From the NCBI GenBank assembly GCA_028284415.1, contig JANQRU010000007.1, forward strand, positions 969,243 through 1,033,242: 64,000 nt of DNA, given 5' to 3'. The stretch's first letter is position 1; every line of letters begins with the position of its first letter. The notes below the pieces were generated by a model. It was not told the DNA's origin, searched no databases, and was given only the letters and a program-made list of their open reading frames with translations. The translations under genes were made by a program, and so were the position numbers. The DNA is from Pyrinomonadaceae bacterium. Its GTDB lineage: Bacteria; Acidobacteriota; Blastocatellia; Pyrinomonadales; Pyrinomonadaceae. This document shows, piece after piece, positions 38,763 through 48,746 of this stretch.

Positions 38763-38820
38763 GAGTTTAGAGTTTGGAGTTTGGAGTTTTTTCTGAAATC
38801 TGAAATCTGGAATCTGAAAT
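38763..38820. repeat. Two adjacent heptanucleotide tandem arrays: (GAGTTTR)x4 and (CTGRAAT)x4
   Basis: Read directly from the sequence: gagtttagagtttggagtttggagtttt then ctgaaatctgaaatctggaatctgaaat, in the rplU-rpmA spacer. Confidence 0.8.
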
Positions 38821-38826
38821 AAACAA

Positions 38827-39111
38827 ATGGCTCATAAGAAAGGTGTAGGTTCATCAAGAAATGGACGTGATTCAAACCCGAAAATGCTCGGGATCAAAAA
38901 ATATGGTGGAGAAAAAGTTCTCGGCGGTAATATCTTAGCTCGCCAACGTGGAACAAAATGGAAGCCGGGCAGCAACGTAGGCAAAGGAAAAGATGACACT
39001 CTGTACTCTTTGATTGATGGCGTTGTAAAATTTGAAACAAGAGGTCGCAAAGGTAAATTTATCAGCGTTTATGCTGAAGGTTCGCCGGAACTCGAAAAAG
39101 CCGCCGCGTAA
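38827..39111 (+). CDS. rpmA: 50S ribosomal protein L27
   Basis: [29 protein letters not shown]... is unmistakably L27. Confidence 0.9.
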   Translation: MAHKKGVGSSRNGRDSNPKMLGIKKYGGEKVLGGNILARQRGTKWKPGSNVGKGKDDTLYSLIDGVVKFETRGRKGKFISVYAEGSPELEKAAA

Positions 39112-39136
39112 ATACTTACAAAATTTTTATAAGAAA

Positions 39137-39172
39137 GATGGTGATACTTTTAGCTATCGCCATCTTTTTTGT
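39137..39172 (+). terminator. Intrinsic terminator after rpmA
   Basis: GATGGTGATA / TATCGCCATC stem with one G-U pair, followed by TTTTTTG. Confidence 0.65.
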
Positions 39173-39410
39173 ATTTATTTAGATATTTCAAACTAAAATT
39201 TACAATAAAAATATTTTTTTTAGACTTCTTTTGGGGGAGTTTTCCACAGCTTTGTTGACATTTCAAAAATAATTTGAGTTTTCTTAAACCTAATACTTCA
39301 TTGATTTTGTAAAGTTTTCCACAGAGTTTTCCACAGGCACTTGCATATTTTTTGTGCAAAAGGTGGAAATTTTATGCTCAAAAAATGCAAATACTTAAAG
39401 CATTTTCTAC

Positions 39411-39438
39411 TTGACTTTGGGAAAAACGGGTGTATTAT
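39411..39438 (+). promoter_or_regulatory. Near-consensus sigma70 promoter driving a non-coding transcript
   Basis: TTGACT (39411-39416), a 16-bp spacer, then TG-extended TATTAT (39433-39438). No ORF follows. Confidence 0.55.
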
Positions 39439-39444
39439 ACCTCT

Positions 39445-39962
39445 CACAGTCAACAATGCTTACGGGCTTTTGACCGATACAAGGATAGGCAAATAGAGCG
39501 GTGACGCATTATTTGAGAACAATGAAAAGCGGAAAGTAGTTGTTATAACACCTTGAATCGAAACCGAAAGGTTTTGCTAGGAAAGGTTGATAAACTTTTC
39601 TGAGTTATTTGAATAAAAACAAGTAACACCTTTTTGGCAAGGAACCACCAAAAGGAGCTAAAAGTCGCTTATTACTTTATGTAGTAAGCCTCGTTGCCGG
39701 GAACGTAACCGGAGGTGGAGGTAAAGCCACCGAAATAAAAACCTAACGGCACTGACAATCTTCGGAATGTAGAAAATGTGCAAACATTTTAAGTGCTGAC
39801 CGGAAAAATTCTCCGCAAGAATTTGATTTCGGAATACAAAATTCGGCGATTGATGCGTGTACATGCTCAATCGCCAACATTATCCAGAATACCTTGAGTA
39901 TTCGATAATTCACGGAAAATACTGTTTTGACATTCTTGTTAAAACAGTATTTTCCTTTTTGT
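39445..39962 (+). ncRNA. Candidate structured non-coding RNA of about 520 nt, class unknown
   Basis: A 900-bp gap between rpmA and obg has no ORF of 60 aa or more on either strand except two implausible antisense frames. The candidate is bounded by the promoter above and a strong terminator: GGAAAATACTGTTTT / AAAACAGTATTTTCC 15-bp stem (39914-39955) followed by TTTTTGTG. Only stop-interrupted mini-frames lie between them. Confidence 0.45.
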
Positions 39963-39995
39963 GCGTAAATATAAAGAAATAGAGCTTTTTGCTAA

Positions 39996-41059
<1,064 letters not shown>

Positions 41060-41060
<1 letters not shown>

Positions 41061-41347
41061 TGACTAAAGAAGAACTTGAAAAATGGGCGACAGTCCGCAA
41101 ACAAGGAAAAGCGAAGTTTGTTAAAAGATACCGAATTATTTACACCCTGCTAACAACAATTTTAATAGCTATTTTTACTCTTCTTATGCTCTTGCTTTCT
41201 AATTTGTTCGATTTCGGTATTTCTGGAACTAATATTTTTTTGGCGGGAATGGGGCTAATCGTTATCTATTCAATATTTGCAATGATTATTCCCGCTAAAG
41301 TTTGGGAGAGAAAAGAAAAAGAGTTTTCAAGAAAATTTGAAAAATAA
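41060..41347 (+). CDS. Hypothetical small membrane protein
   Basis: Two TM helices. Start overlaps the obg stop (ATGA-like coupling). Confidence 0.4.
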
Positions 41348-41354
41348 GGGATTA

Positions 41355-41699
41355 ATGTTGATTGAAGAATTAAAAGATAAATTTACTAAAAACGCACGGC
41401 ATTTTGTGGATTTCCCTGAAGTTATTTTCTTTGATGATTTTGCCGATCATGTGGAAAAACTTTTTGGTGCGGAAATAATCAGATTTGAAGCCGATGGCAC
41501 AATCGCAATGTGGCTGGAATTCACTTACAGCGAAAACAGATTTTTTGTGACAAATCACTTTGGCGATTACCAGTTTTACGTGGAAGACGAAAAATGTCCT
41601 GAATATATTTTGTTGGAAATTGCCGATCATTTCAGACAGTTGTTAGAAAAAGATGAGTCTGAACAAATAAACTCAGAACAGTTTGAGGGAAATCATTAA
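41355..41699 (+). CDS. Hypothetical protein
   Basis: ORF in the obg-nadD operon. The ATG at 41355 is preferred over the TTG at 41337. Confidence 0.4.
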   Translation: MLIEELKDKFTKNARHFVDFPEVIFFDDFADHVEKLFGAEIIRFEADGTIAMWLEFTYSENRFFVTNHFGDYQFYVEDEKCPEYILLEIADHFRQLLEKDESEQINSEQFEGNH

Positions 41700-41714
41700 C
41701 CTAATCTGAGAAAT

Positions 41715-42365
41715 ATGGAACGAATTGCATTTTATGGTGGAAGTTTTGATCCTGTTCATAATGGACATCTGACAATTGCAGAAAAACTGACTGATATTTT
41801 TAAGCTGGACGAATTTGTTCTGATTCCGGCTTTTCATGCTCCACATAAATCACGCTTGAAGCCAACTTCTGCTTATCATAGATTTGCGATGCTGTGTTTG
41901 ACGACTAATGATGAAAAGAAAATTAAAGTTTCAAAAATGGAACTGGAAGTTCCCGAAAAGCCTTATACAATCGAGACTCTAACGAAAATCAAGAAAGAAC
42001 TACCGAACGATGAAATTTTCTTTGTAATGGGGGCAGATTCCTGGCAAGAGATTACAACCTGGCGGGATTGGGAAAAGGTCTTAACAATCGTAAATATAAT
42101 TGTTGTTACACGTCCGAATTATGAAATCGGATTTTCACATGTCACGGATGAGATTCGAGAAAGAATTGTTGATTTGAGAGGACAGAACGAATTCCCTGTT
42201 ACGGATTGCAAAGGAAAAGAAAAAATTTTCATAACAGACGCTGTGCAGTTGGATATTTCTGCAACAAGAATTCGTAAGATGATTCGAGAAAATGTAGGAG
42301 ATTGGAAAGATTCTGTGGCAAATGAGGTTATTAAGCATATCGAAAAATATGATTTGTATGAATAA
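41715..42365 (+). CDS. nadD: Nicotinate-nucleotide adenylyltransferase
   Basis: AFYGGSFDPVHNGH nucleotidyltransferase motif. Confidence 0.85.
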   Translation: MERIAFYGGSFDPVHNGHLTIAEKLTDIFKLDEFVLIPAFHAPHKSRLKPTSAYHRFAMLCLTTNDEKKIKVSKMELEVPEKPYTIETLTKIKKELPNDEIFFVMGADSWQEITTWRDWEKVLTIVNIIVVTRPNYEIGFSHVTDEIRERIVDLRGQNEFPVTDCKGKEKIFITDAVQLDISATRIRKMIRENVGDWKDSVANEVIKHIEKYDLYE

Positions 42366-42431
42366 GGTGACAGAACAATTTATGCTTAAATATTTACAAA
42401 TACCGATAAATGTTCGATTATATAAAACTCA

Positions 42432-42875
42432 ATGAATATGGAAGAAGTAACAAAAAATAAATCTCTTGAGCGGGAAACGGCTTCTGAAACTATAGAAATC
42501 GTAGCTAAGACAACCCCGTTTGAAGAAATAGATGAAGAAGTTAAACTCGCCACGCATTCTACCTCAGAGAAAAAGGCAGTTGATACAGTTGTGCTCGATT
42601 TGCGTGAACTCACGAGTTTTACGGAATTTTTCGTTATTACGAGCGGAACAAACCAAAGACAAGTTCAGGCAATTGCTGATGAAGTCTCCGACCAACTAAA
42701 AAAACAGATGAAGTACAAGCCAAGCCGAATCGAGGGGTATGACTCTGCCGAGTGGGTTTTGCTTGATTACGGTGATTTCATCGTTCATATCTTCAATGAA
42801 AAATCACGGCAGTTTTACGACTTGGAAAGACTTTGGCGAGACGCTAAAAGAGTAGAACTACCTGAAAATATTTAA
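42432..42875 (+). CDS. rsfS: Ribosome silencing factor RsfS (Iojap-like)
   Basis: [33 protein letters not shown]...[22 protein letters not shown]. The true start may be downstream of the first Met. Confidence 0.8.
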   Translation: MNMEEVTKNKSLERETASETIEIVAKTTPFEEIDEEVKLATHSTSEKKAVDTVVLDLRELTSFTEFFVITSGTNQRQVQAIADEVSDQLKKQMKYKPSRIEGYDSAEWVLLDYGDFIVHIFNEKSRQFYDLERLWRDAKRVELPENI

Positions 42876-42952
42876 TTTTAATGGATAACGGATAATGAAA
42901 AATGGATGATATGACAATTTTCCATTATCCGTTGTCCATTTTTCATTAACTT

Positions 42953-43405
42953 ATGAAATTCCATTTTATTTGGGTTGGGAAAACTAAAAATAAACATTGG
43001 CGAGCGTTGCAGGAAAATTATCTGCAGCGCCTTTCGCATTTTGTAAAGTATTCAATTACAGAGATTAAGGACAAAGCAAAACACGAAAGTTTGGAAATTG
43101 AGGGCAACCGTATATTACAAAAAGTGAATCCAAATAGCTTCGTTTGTTTATTGGACGTGAAGGGACGCTCGCTTGGTTCGAGAAAGCTTGCCAAAGAGGT
43201 AGAAAAATGGCAAATTCGCGGGCTAAAAGAGATTACTTTTATAATCGGTGGATTTGAAGGAGTGTCTTCTGCGGTTGTCAAAAGGGCTAACTTTAGTCTA
43301 TCCTTATCCGTTCTAACATTTACACACGAAATGGCTCGTGTGATTCTAATTGAACAGCTATATCGAGCTTATTCTATTATCAAGGGGTATCCATATCAGA
43401 AATGA
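42953..43405 (+). CDS. rlmH: 23S rRNA (pseudouridine1915-N3)-methyltransferase RlmH
   Basis: MKFHFIWVGKTK...SPOUT-fold RlmH pattern, about 150 aa. Confidence 0.85.
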   Translation: MKFHFIWVGKTKNKHWRALQENYLQRLSHFVKYSITEIKDKAKHESLEIEGNRILQKVNPNSFVCLLDVKGRSLGSRKLAKEVEKWQIRGLKEITFIIGGFEGVSSAVVKRANFSLSLSVLTFTHEMARVILIEQLYRAYSIIKGYPYQK

Positions 43406-43755
43406 GTGAATTAAACTTAGAAGAAATTAAAGAAAAACTAATCACCGAACGCGACGTTATCATCGGTAAATTAAGTAGCAAGGATTTATCCATAGATGAC
43501 TCGGAAATGCCCGATCCGGTTGATCTGGCAGTAAAAAACTATTCCAAAAATGTAATGCTTTCTGTTTCTGAAAATGAATCAAAACAGTTAGTTTTAATTA
43601 ATGAAGCTTTGGAAAGACTTGAAGATGATGAATATGGTTTATGTCAAAATTGTGAAGAAGAGGTAAACCCTAAACGCCTTAATGCAATTCCATGGGCTAG
43701 ATATTGTTTAAATTGTCAAGAACTTCAAGAAAAAGGCTTACTTGAAGAAAATTAA
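43402..43755 (+). CDS. TraR/DksA family C4-type zinc-finger protein
   Basis: C-terminal CQNCEEEV...CLNCQE zinc finger after a coiled-coil region. Confidence 0.7.
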   Translation: MSELNLEEIKEKLITERDVIIGKLSSKDLSIDDSEMPDPVDLAVKNYSKNVMLSVSENESKQLVLINEALERLEDDEYGLCQNCEEEVNPKRLNAIPWARYCLNCQELQEKGLLEEN

Positions 43756-43823
43756 ATTTTAGTAAAAAGGCAAAAGTTTATTACTCTAAAGATAGAGTTC
43801 TTTAGCTTTTGCCTTTGTTTTAA

Positions 43824-44546
43824 ATGATAAGCAAATTTTACGACTCCCTTCTAACTCTCGCCTATCCTCAGTCCTGTCATATCTGTGAAAAAAGCGTTGA
43901 AAGTTCTAATGATGGCGTAGTCTGCCAAAAATGCTGGAGCAAAACACATATTTTTGATAACACTGAAACGATCTGCCATAAATGCGGTAGATTTTTGAGT
44001 GATAAACCTACTGATTTCGAAACTTTCTGTCACCAATGTGATGAACACTTTTATGATACAGCAAGGGCGGCTGGCAAGTATGAAAAAGGACTCTCTGCCT
44101 CAATCCTAAATCTAAAAAAAGAACCTTTCATTTCTAAAAGACTAAAAAAGCTATTCATCGAATCTTATTTTGAAAAACCTTTCCAAGATGTAAATCGAAT
44201 TATTCCTATACCATTATCTAAACAAAGATTACTGGAACGTGGCTTCAACCAAGCATCCGTTCTAGCAAAAGTTTTGGCAAGAGAGACAAATTTAACTTTA
44301 GATGAATATAGCCTCATTCGCACAAAGCATACTCAAGTTCATCGGGCAGGAATGGACAAAAAAGGAAGAGAATTAAGTGTGCAAAAAGCTTTTGAGGTAA
44401 AACGCGAGAAATTAATAAAGAATGAAAATATATTGCTCATTGATGATGTTTTTACATCAGGTGCAACAGCTTCTATATGTGCAAAAGTCCTTAAGAAAAA
44501 AGGTGCGAACAAAGTGTATGTCTATACAATTGCTCGCACTGTCTGA
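43824..44546 (+). CDS. ComF family protein (phosphoribosyltransferase domain)
   Basis: N-terminal Cys-rich zinc-finger region and a C-terminal PRTase motif ILLIDDVFTSGAT. Confidence 0.75.
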   Translation: MISKFYDSLLTLAYPQSCHICEKSVESSNDGVVCQKCWSKTHIFDNTETICHKCGRFLSDKPTDFETFCHQCDEHFYDTARAAGKYEKGLSASILNLKKEPFISKRLKKLFIESYFEKPFQDVNRIIPIPLSKQRLLERGFNQASVLAKVLARETNLTLDEYSLIRTKHTQVHRAGMDKKGRELSVQKAFEVKREKLIKNENILLIDDVFTSGATASICAKVLKKKGANKVYVYTIARTV

Positions 44547-44560
44547 TTTTTCCAATTTTT

Positions 44561-45013
44561 CTAACCTTCCAAATCTATACAGGTCTTTCCTTTTCCAAGC
44601 TTTTTCAAATCATCTTTTAGGAAGGGTGAAAATCCGTTCATATCTTTTGAGCGGGAACACCTGCCATCCCGCAAACCGCCTTCTTCATCATCTTTTGCAA
44701 AAACCACATGAGTTTCGCCCTCATCAAAAGGTGACTGGAATCTAGGGTTCTCATAAACTGTTACTTTTACCTTGGTTTCTTTAATTCCCTTCCAGTATTT
44801 TTTTACCTTAAATTCAGTAATTTTTTTGTTGCCATCTTTTTCTACGTTAATGACTTCTCCGATAAAAACCGCTTTTGAGTTTTTATATTCCTTTTCAAAA
44901 TTCGGTGTAGCACATCTTAAAATTACATTTTCCTCATTTACAAAACCGTAAAAATCTGATGAATAGACCAAACAAATACCGATTAGCAAAAATACTGAAA
45001 TAAACTTTTTCAT
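44561..45013 (-). CDS. Secreted TIMP-like (NTR-fold) protein, paralog of 37911-38375
   Basis: NSKAVFIGEVINVEK matches KSKAVFIGKAISIDD, and FKVKKYWKGIKETKVKVTVYE matches FKVKKSWKGAKEDKITVKAAY. It lacks the N-terminal CxC after the signal peptide. Confidence 0.5.
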   Translation of the reverse strand: MKKFISVFLLIGICLVYSSDFYGFVNEENVILRCATPNFEKEYKNSKAVFIGEVINVEKDGNKKITEFKVKKYWKGIKETKVKVTVYENPRFQSPFDEGETHVVFAKDDEEGGLRDGRCSRSKDMNGFSPFLKDDLKKLGKGKTCIDLEG

Positions 45014-45095
45014 TGATAGATCTCCTATTTATTCTTGGGGAAAGAAAAAATTCTAACAGACATACTAACTTTCAAAAGATAAGATTTGCAAGATT

Positions 45096-46172
45096 TTACA
45101 GGCGATAACGAACTTTTTTCTTTCTTAAGTCGGCGTCTTCAAGTTCAATATTTTGCAGACGCATCGTTACATCTGCGGTTATATCCAAATCTGACCTTTC
45201 ACCTCTTTCAAGATGAAAATTCCCTGCCGCCGCTATCATTGCTGCATTATCTGTTGAAAGATGTTTTGAAGGAAAATATACAGGTAGATTCAGCCTTTCA
45301 CCGATCTTTTCGGAAGCCTCACGCAAAGCCTGATTACAAGCTACTCCGCCTGCAACAATTAAAGTTTTTGGATTGTATTCTTTCGCCTGTTTTTCCATTG
45401 TCCTCGTCAAAGCAAGAACGACAGTATATTGAAAACTTGCACAGATGTCTTTGATATGTTGACTTGGTTCTCGTCCCTCTTTAACAGGCTCAACTTCATT
45501 TTCCCGCAAGTAACGCATTACGGCTGTTTTAAGCCCGCTAAAGCTGAAATCAGGACGACCATCAGAGATTTTTGCGATCGGAAACTTGATAGCTTTTGGA
45601 TTTCCCTCTTTTGCGTATTTTTCGATTATCGGACCGCCCGGATAACCAAGTCCCAACATTTTCGAAACCTTATCAAAAGCTTCCCCCGCCGCATCATCTC
45701 TTGTGCGAGAAACAATTTTATATTTCCCCTTCTCAGGGGCGTAAAAAAGATTTGTATGACCACCTGAAACTATCAGAGCCATCGCCGGATACTCAGTCGG
45801 CAGATTATCAAATTCAACTGAGAAAAAATGTCCTTCAATGTGATTTACACCAATTATTGGAACATCTAAACCAAAAGCTAAAGCCTTTGCATAACAGACA
45901 CCGACCAATAAAGAGCCGACCAATCCCGGACCTTGCGTGACGGCGATCGCATCTATGTCCTGTAATGATACATTCGCTTTTTCGAGAGCCTCTTCTACGA
46001 TCGGATCAATTTTAATAAGGTGTTCACGCGAAGCAAGCTCGGGAACAACTCCACCCCATTCCTTATGAATATCGATTTGTGAAGAAATCACAGATGAGAG
46101 CATTTCTCTGCCATCACGCACAACTGCCGCCGCCGTTTCATCACAAGAGCTTTCTATTCCTAATACCAACAT
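45096..46172 (-). CDS. tsaD: tRNA N6-adenosine threonylcarbamoyltransferase
   Basis: [18 protein letters not shown]... and GGVACN motifs typical of the Kae1/TsaD family. Confidence 0.9.
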   Translation of the reverse strand: MLVLGIESSCDETAAAVVRDGREMLSSVISSQIDIHKEWGGVVPELASREHLIKIDPIVEEALEKANVSLQDIDAIAVTQGPGLVGSLLVGVCYAKALAFGLDVPIIGVNHIEGHFFSVEFDNLPTEYPAMALIVSGGHTNLFYAPEKGKYKIVSRTRDDAAGEAFDKVSKMLGLGYPGGPIIEKYAKEGNPKAIKFPIAKISDGRPDFSFSGLKTAVMRYLRENEVEPVKEGREPSQHIKDICASFQYTVVLALTRTMEKQAKEYNPKTLIVAGGVACNQALREASEKIGERLNLPVYFPSKHLSTDNAAMIAAAGNFHLERGERSDLDITADVTMRLQNIELEDADLRKKKVRYRL

Positions 46173-46289
46173 ATTTTAAGTTTAATTTGATAATCCTTAA
46201 CTAACAAGCAGAAAAATATCTTGACTCAACATAAAAACTTACATATTGTAAGGGTGCTTTCTAAAATTCTGCTGATTGAGGACAAAATA

Positions 46290-46595
46290 ATGAAAAACAA
46301 CGAATTTCCAAGTCTTTCAGGTAAAGAGTTTTTAATTATGGAAATGCTCTTAAATGAAGGTGATATGTTTGGACTTGAAATGGTTGATGAATCAGGAGGC
46401 AGACTAAAAAAAGGAACTATCTACGTGACTTTACAAAGAATGATGGATAAAAAGTTGCTCGAATCCTGGGAAGAAGAGAGAAATGAGGCTGAAAATGGCA
46501 TTGCCCGCAAGCTTTATACTCCAACTGATTACGGTGAAAGAGTCTTCAAAGCTCAAGAACTTGCTTTGAAATATCTAAATATGGGCAGTTGGTAG
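46290..46595 (+). CDS. PadR family transcriptional regulator
   Basis: FLIMEMLLNEGDMFGLEM...GTIYVTLQRMMDKKLL winged-helix pattern. Start set at the ATG at 46290. Confidence 0.65.
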   Translation: MKNNEFPSLSGKEFLIMEMLLNEGDMFGLEMVDESGGRLKKGTIYVTLQRMMDKKLLESWEEERNEAENGIARKLYTPTDYGERVFKAQELALKYLNMGSW

Positions 46596-46641
46596 AAAAG
46601 TTAAAAATTGCTAGTCCATATTTTTTATTAAATAGCTAAAA

Positions 46642-47556
46642 TTATATAAAATCATCCTTATTTTTTTTATCTTTTTTTGATAGAGTGATTTCTTCTAATA
46701 ACAGAGGCTTTTGTGGAAACAGCTTTACTCCAGAATTCCTTAAAGTCCGATTTATAACTGTTGAAGCTTCATCAAACAATTTTAGAGGGCTACTCAATTC
46801 AGGATTTATCCAAAAATAAACCGTCAGATTTATTCCCTCGGCGGCTAAATTTGTAACATAAATAGACGGACTCGGATCTTCTAAAACTCCTTCAATTTTT
46901 CCAAGTGCTTCAAGTAATTTTTCTTTTGATTGTTCAACCTTGGACTGATAATCAACATTTACACTTACCTTCATTCTACGGGCATCTCCCGCCGCTCTGA
47001 TTATCAAAGCAGTGGAATACATAATGCTATTTGGAATCAAAATCTTTTCGCCATCAACCATCTTCAAATTTGTCGCTCGAATTCCTATATGTTCAACCTC
47101 ACCTTCATTGTCTTCGACAAAAACATAATCGCCAATCTTAAATGGCTGTTCCCACAAAATTAAAATACCTGAAAATAAATTATTTAGAATATCCTTTGTT
47201 GCAAATCCAACAATAAATGAAGAAAATCCTAAACCTGCTATCAAATTACCAAATGTAAAATTAGGAATAATAACGGTTAAAGCAGCAAAAAAACCTATCA
47301 CAAAAACAAGTAATCCTAATAAACGGCTAAACAAAATTCGCAATCGCAAATCCATTTTCGTCCGTTTTGATGTTGACAAAAATATCTTTTTAGCAATTCT
47401 CCCAATAATCCAAAAGACTATTAAAACAATTAGTCCCGCTACGATATATGGCATTTGAGATACTATGCTAGTAAAGATATTTTCAATTGATTTGTAAGCA
47501 ACACTTGAAATGTATTCGGCTGTATTTGTGTTTGTATTATTATCTTGAAAAAACAT
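46642..47556 (-). CDS. Mechanosensitive ion channel (MscS family)
   Basis: TM helices followed by the MscS beta domain (FKIGDYVFVEDNEGEVEHIGIRATNLKMVDGEKILIPNS). Confidence 0.8.
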   Translation of the reverse strand: MFFQDNNTNTNTAEYISSVAYKSIENIFTSIVSQMPYIVAGLIVLIVFWIIGRIAKKIFLSTSKRTKMDLRLRILFSRLLGLLVFVIGFFAALTVIIPNFTFGNLIAGLGFSSFIVGFATKDILNNLFSGILILWEQPFKIGDYVFVEDNEGEVEHIGIRATNLKMVDGEKILIPNSIMYSTALIIRAAGDARRMKVSVNVDYQSKVEQSKEKLLEALGKIEGVLEDPSPSIYVTNLAAEGINLTVYFWINPELSSPLKLFDEASTVINRTLRNSGVKLFPQKPLLLEEITLSKKDKKNKDDFI

Positions 47557-47718
47557 ATATTCTTAAAACAAGTTTACTTGTTTGAAATGCAAGCTACGAA
47601 AGGAGACAGTTTACCTTAACTTTTCTTTAAATACATCATATAGGACTATTAAAAAACATTAAGTGTAGCTAATTCTTTTAGATTAGCTACACTTAATTTC
47701 TTTATAAATACTTAATTT

Positions 47719-47925
47719 TTAAAGCTTTGTTCCTGTTCTAGTTTCGGGAGTGTTTAACTCTCCATCGCTCACTGCTCCTATGAAACCGCCGAACAATAAA
47801 AATGCTGTGATTGCAACAATCATTAATAAAGTTCCCAAAAACCACTTAACGCCTCGGTATGCCTTAGCTGTATCTTCTCTAACAACAACTTCTTTTCCAT
47901 CAATTTCTAAAACTTCTTTTGCCAT
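47719..47925 (-). CDS. Small membrane protein (68 aa), hypothetical
   Basis: Single TM helix. Plausible but unverified. Confidence 0.3.
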   Translation of the reverse strand: MAKEVLEIDGKEVVVREDTAKAYRGVKWFLGTLLMIVAITAFLLFGGFIGAVSDGELNTPETRTGTKL

Positions 47926-48145
47926 AATTTACTTACTCCTCCTTGTTCTCTAATAATGATTGATTCAATTAAACCACTGAATGATTTTCATACAACATCT
48001 AAAAAACTTATGTTAAAACTGTTCTGTGTTTTCGCAACTTTGAATTATTTCAATACATAATCATCGTTAATCTATTCAAGGTATGTAAATTGCAAATGCT
48101 ATGCCTTAGATAAGATTCTGATCTTTAACTTAAGATTATTTCAGT

Positions 48146-48182
48146 TTGACTTTTAACATATTTAGAATTAGAATAATTCTAA
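48146..48182 (+). promoter_or_regulatory. dps promoter with overlapping PerR/Fur-type operator
   Basis: TTGACT (48146-48151), a 17-bp spacer, then TAGAAT (48169-48174). A perfect 7-1-7 palindrome TTAGAAT-A-ATTCTAA (48168-48182) sits over it, and an extra TTAGAAT half-site lies at 48162. Confidence 0.55.
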
Positions 48183-48205
48183 ATTGGAGGAATAAAATAT
48201 ATATT

Positions 48206-48682
48206 ATGCACAGTACAAAAATTGATATTGATAAAGAAACAAGAGAAAAAATGATAGGACACTTAAATGCCAGACTTGCAGATTCACTTGATCTGAAATC
48301 ACAATCTAAGCAAGCCCATTGGAATGTAAAGGGAATGAACTTTATTGCCTTACATGAATTATTTGACCAAGTGGCAGAAGAAGTTGAAGGCTACACGGAC
48401 ACGATTGCAGAAAGAGTTACGACCCTAGGCGGAACAGCAGAAGGAACAGTTCGAGTATCGGCAGAAAAATCAACTCTAAATCAATACCCGATGGAGATTA
48501 CAAGCGGGCGCGATCATGTAGATGCACTTTCTACTGCTCTTGCAGATTTTGGTAAAAAGGTGCGTGCGAACATAGAAGATGCAGCAGAAGCGGGAGACGC
48601 TGATACCGAAGATCTATTTACAGAAGTTTCACGCGGAATTGACAAACTCTTGTGGTTCGTCGAAGCACATATTCAAGACTAA
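48206..48682 (+). CDS. dps: DNA starvation/stationary-phase protection protein Dps
   Basis: GGAGG RBS. Ferritin-like Dps pattern (HWNVKGMNFIALHELFDQ...EEVEGYTDTIAERV). Confidence 0.85.
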   Translation: MHSTKIDIDKETREKMIGHLNARLADSLDLKSQSKQAHWNVKGMNFIALHELFDQVAEEVEGYTDTIAERVTTLGGTAEGTVRVSAEKSTLNQYPMEITSGRDHVDALSTALADFGKKVRANIEDAAEAGDADTEDLFTEVSRGIDKLLWFVEAHIQD

Positions 48683-48705
48683 ACTAAATTTCAAATTGCT
48701 AAAGA

Positions 48706-48746
48706 AAAAGAGCACTTGTCTTAATCACAAGTGCTCTTTTTTATTC
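48706..48746. terminator. Bidirectional intrinsic terminator between dps and the convergent serine hydrolase
   Basis: AAAAGAGCACTTGT / ACAAGTGCTCTTTT stem flanked by an A-run and a T-run. Confidence 0.7.

Noticed and set aside
39150-39870. 69-70-aa minus-strand ORFs within the rpmA-obg spacer
   Set aside because: Lys/Cys-rich translations without RBS. They overlap the rpmA terminator and the predicted ncRNA, so are unlikely to be genes.
39445-39962. RNase P RNA, tmRNA, SRP RNA or 6S RNA identity for the rpmA-obg non-coding region
   Set aside because: The signature blocks (GGAAAGTCCGG / ACAGAAACC for RNase P, a tmRNA tag frame with tRNA-like 3' end, the SRP domain IV GGAA motif) are not present. 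The length does not fit 6S or 4.5S. It is kept as an unclassified ncRNA candidate.
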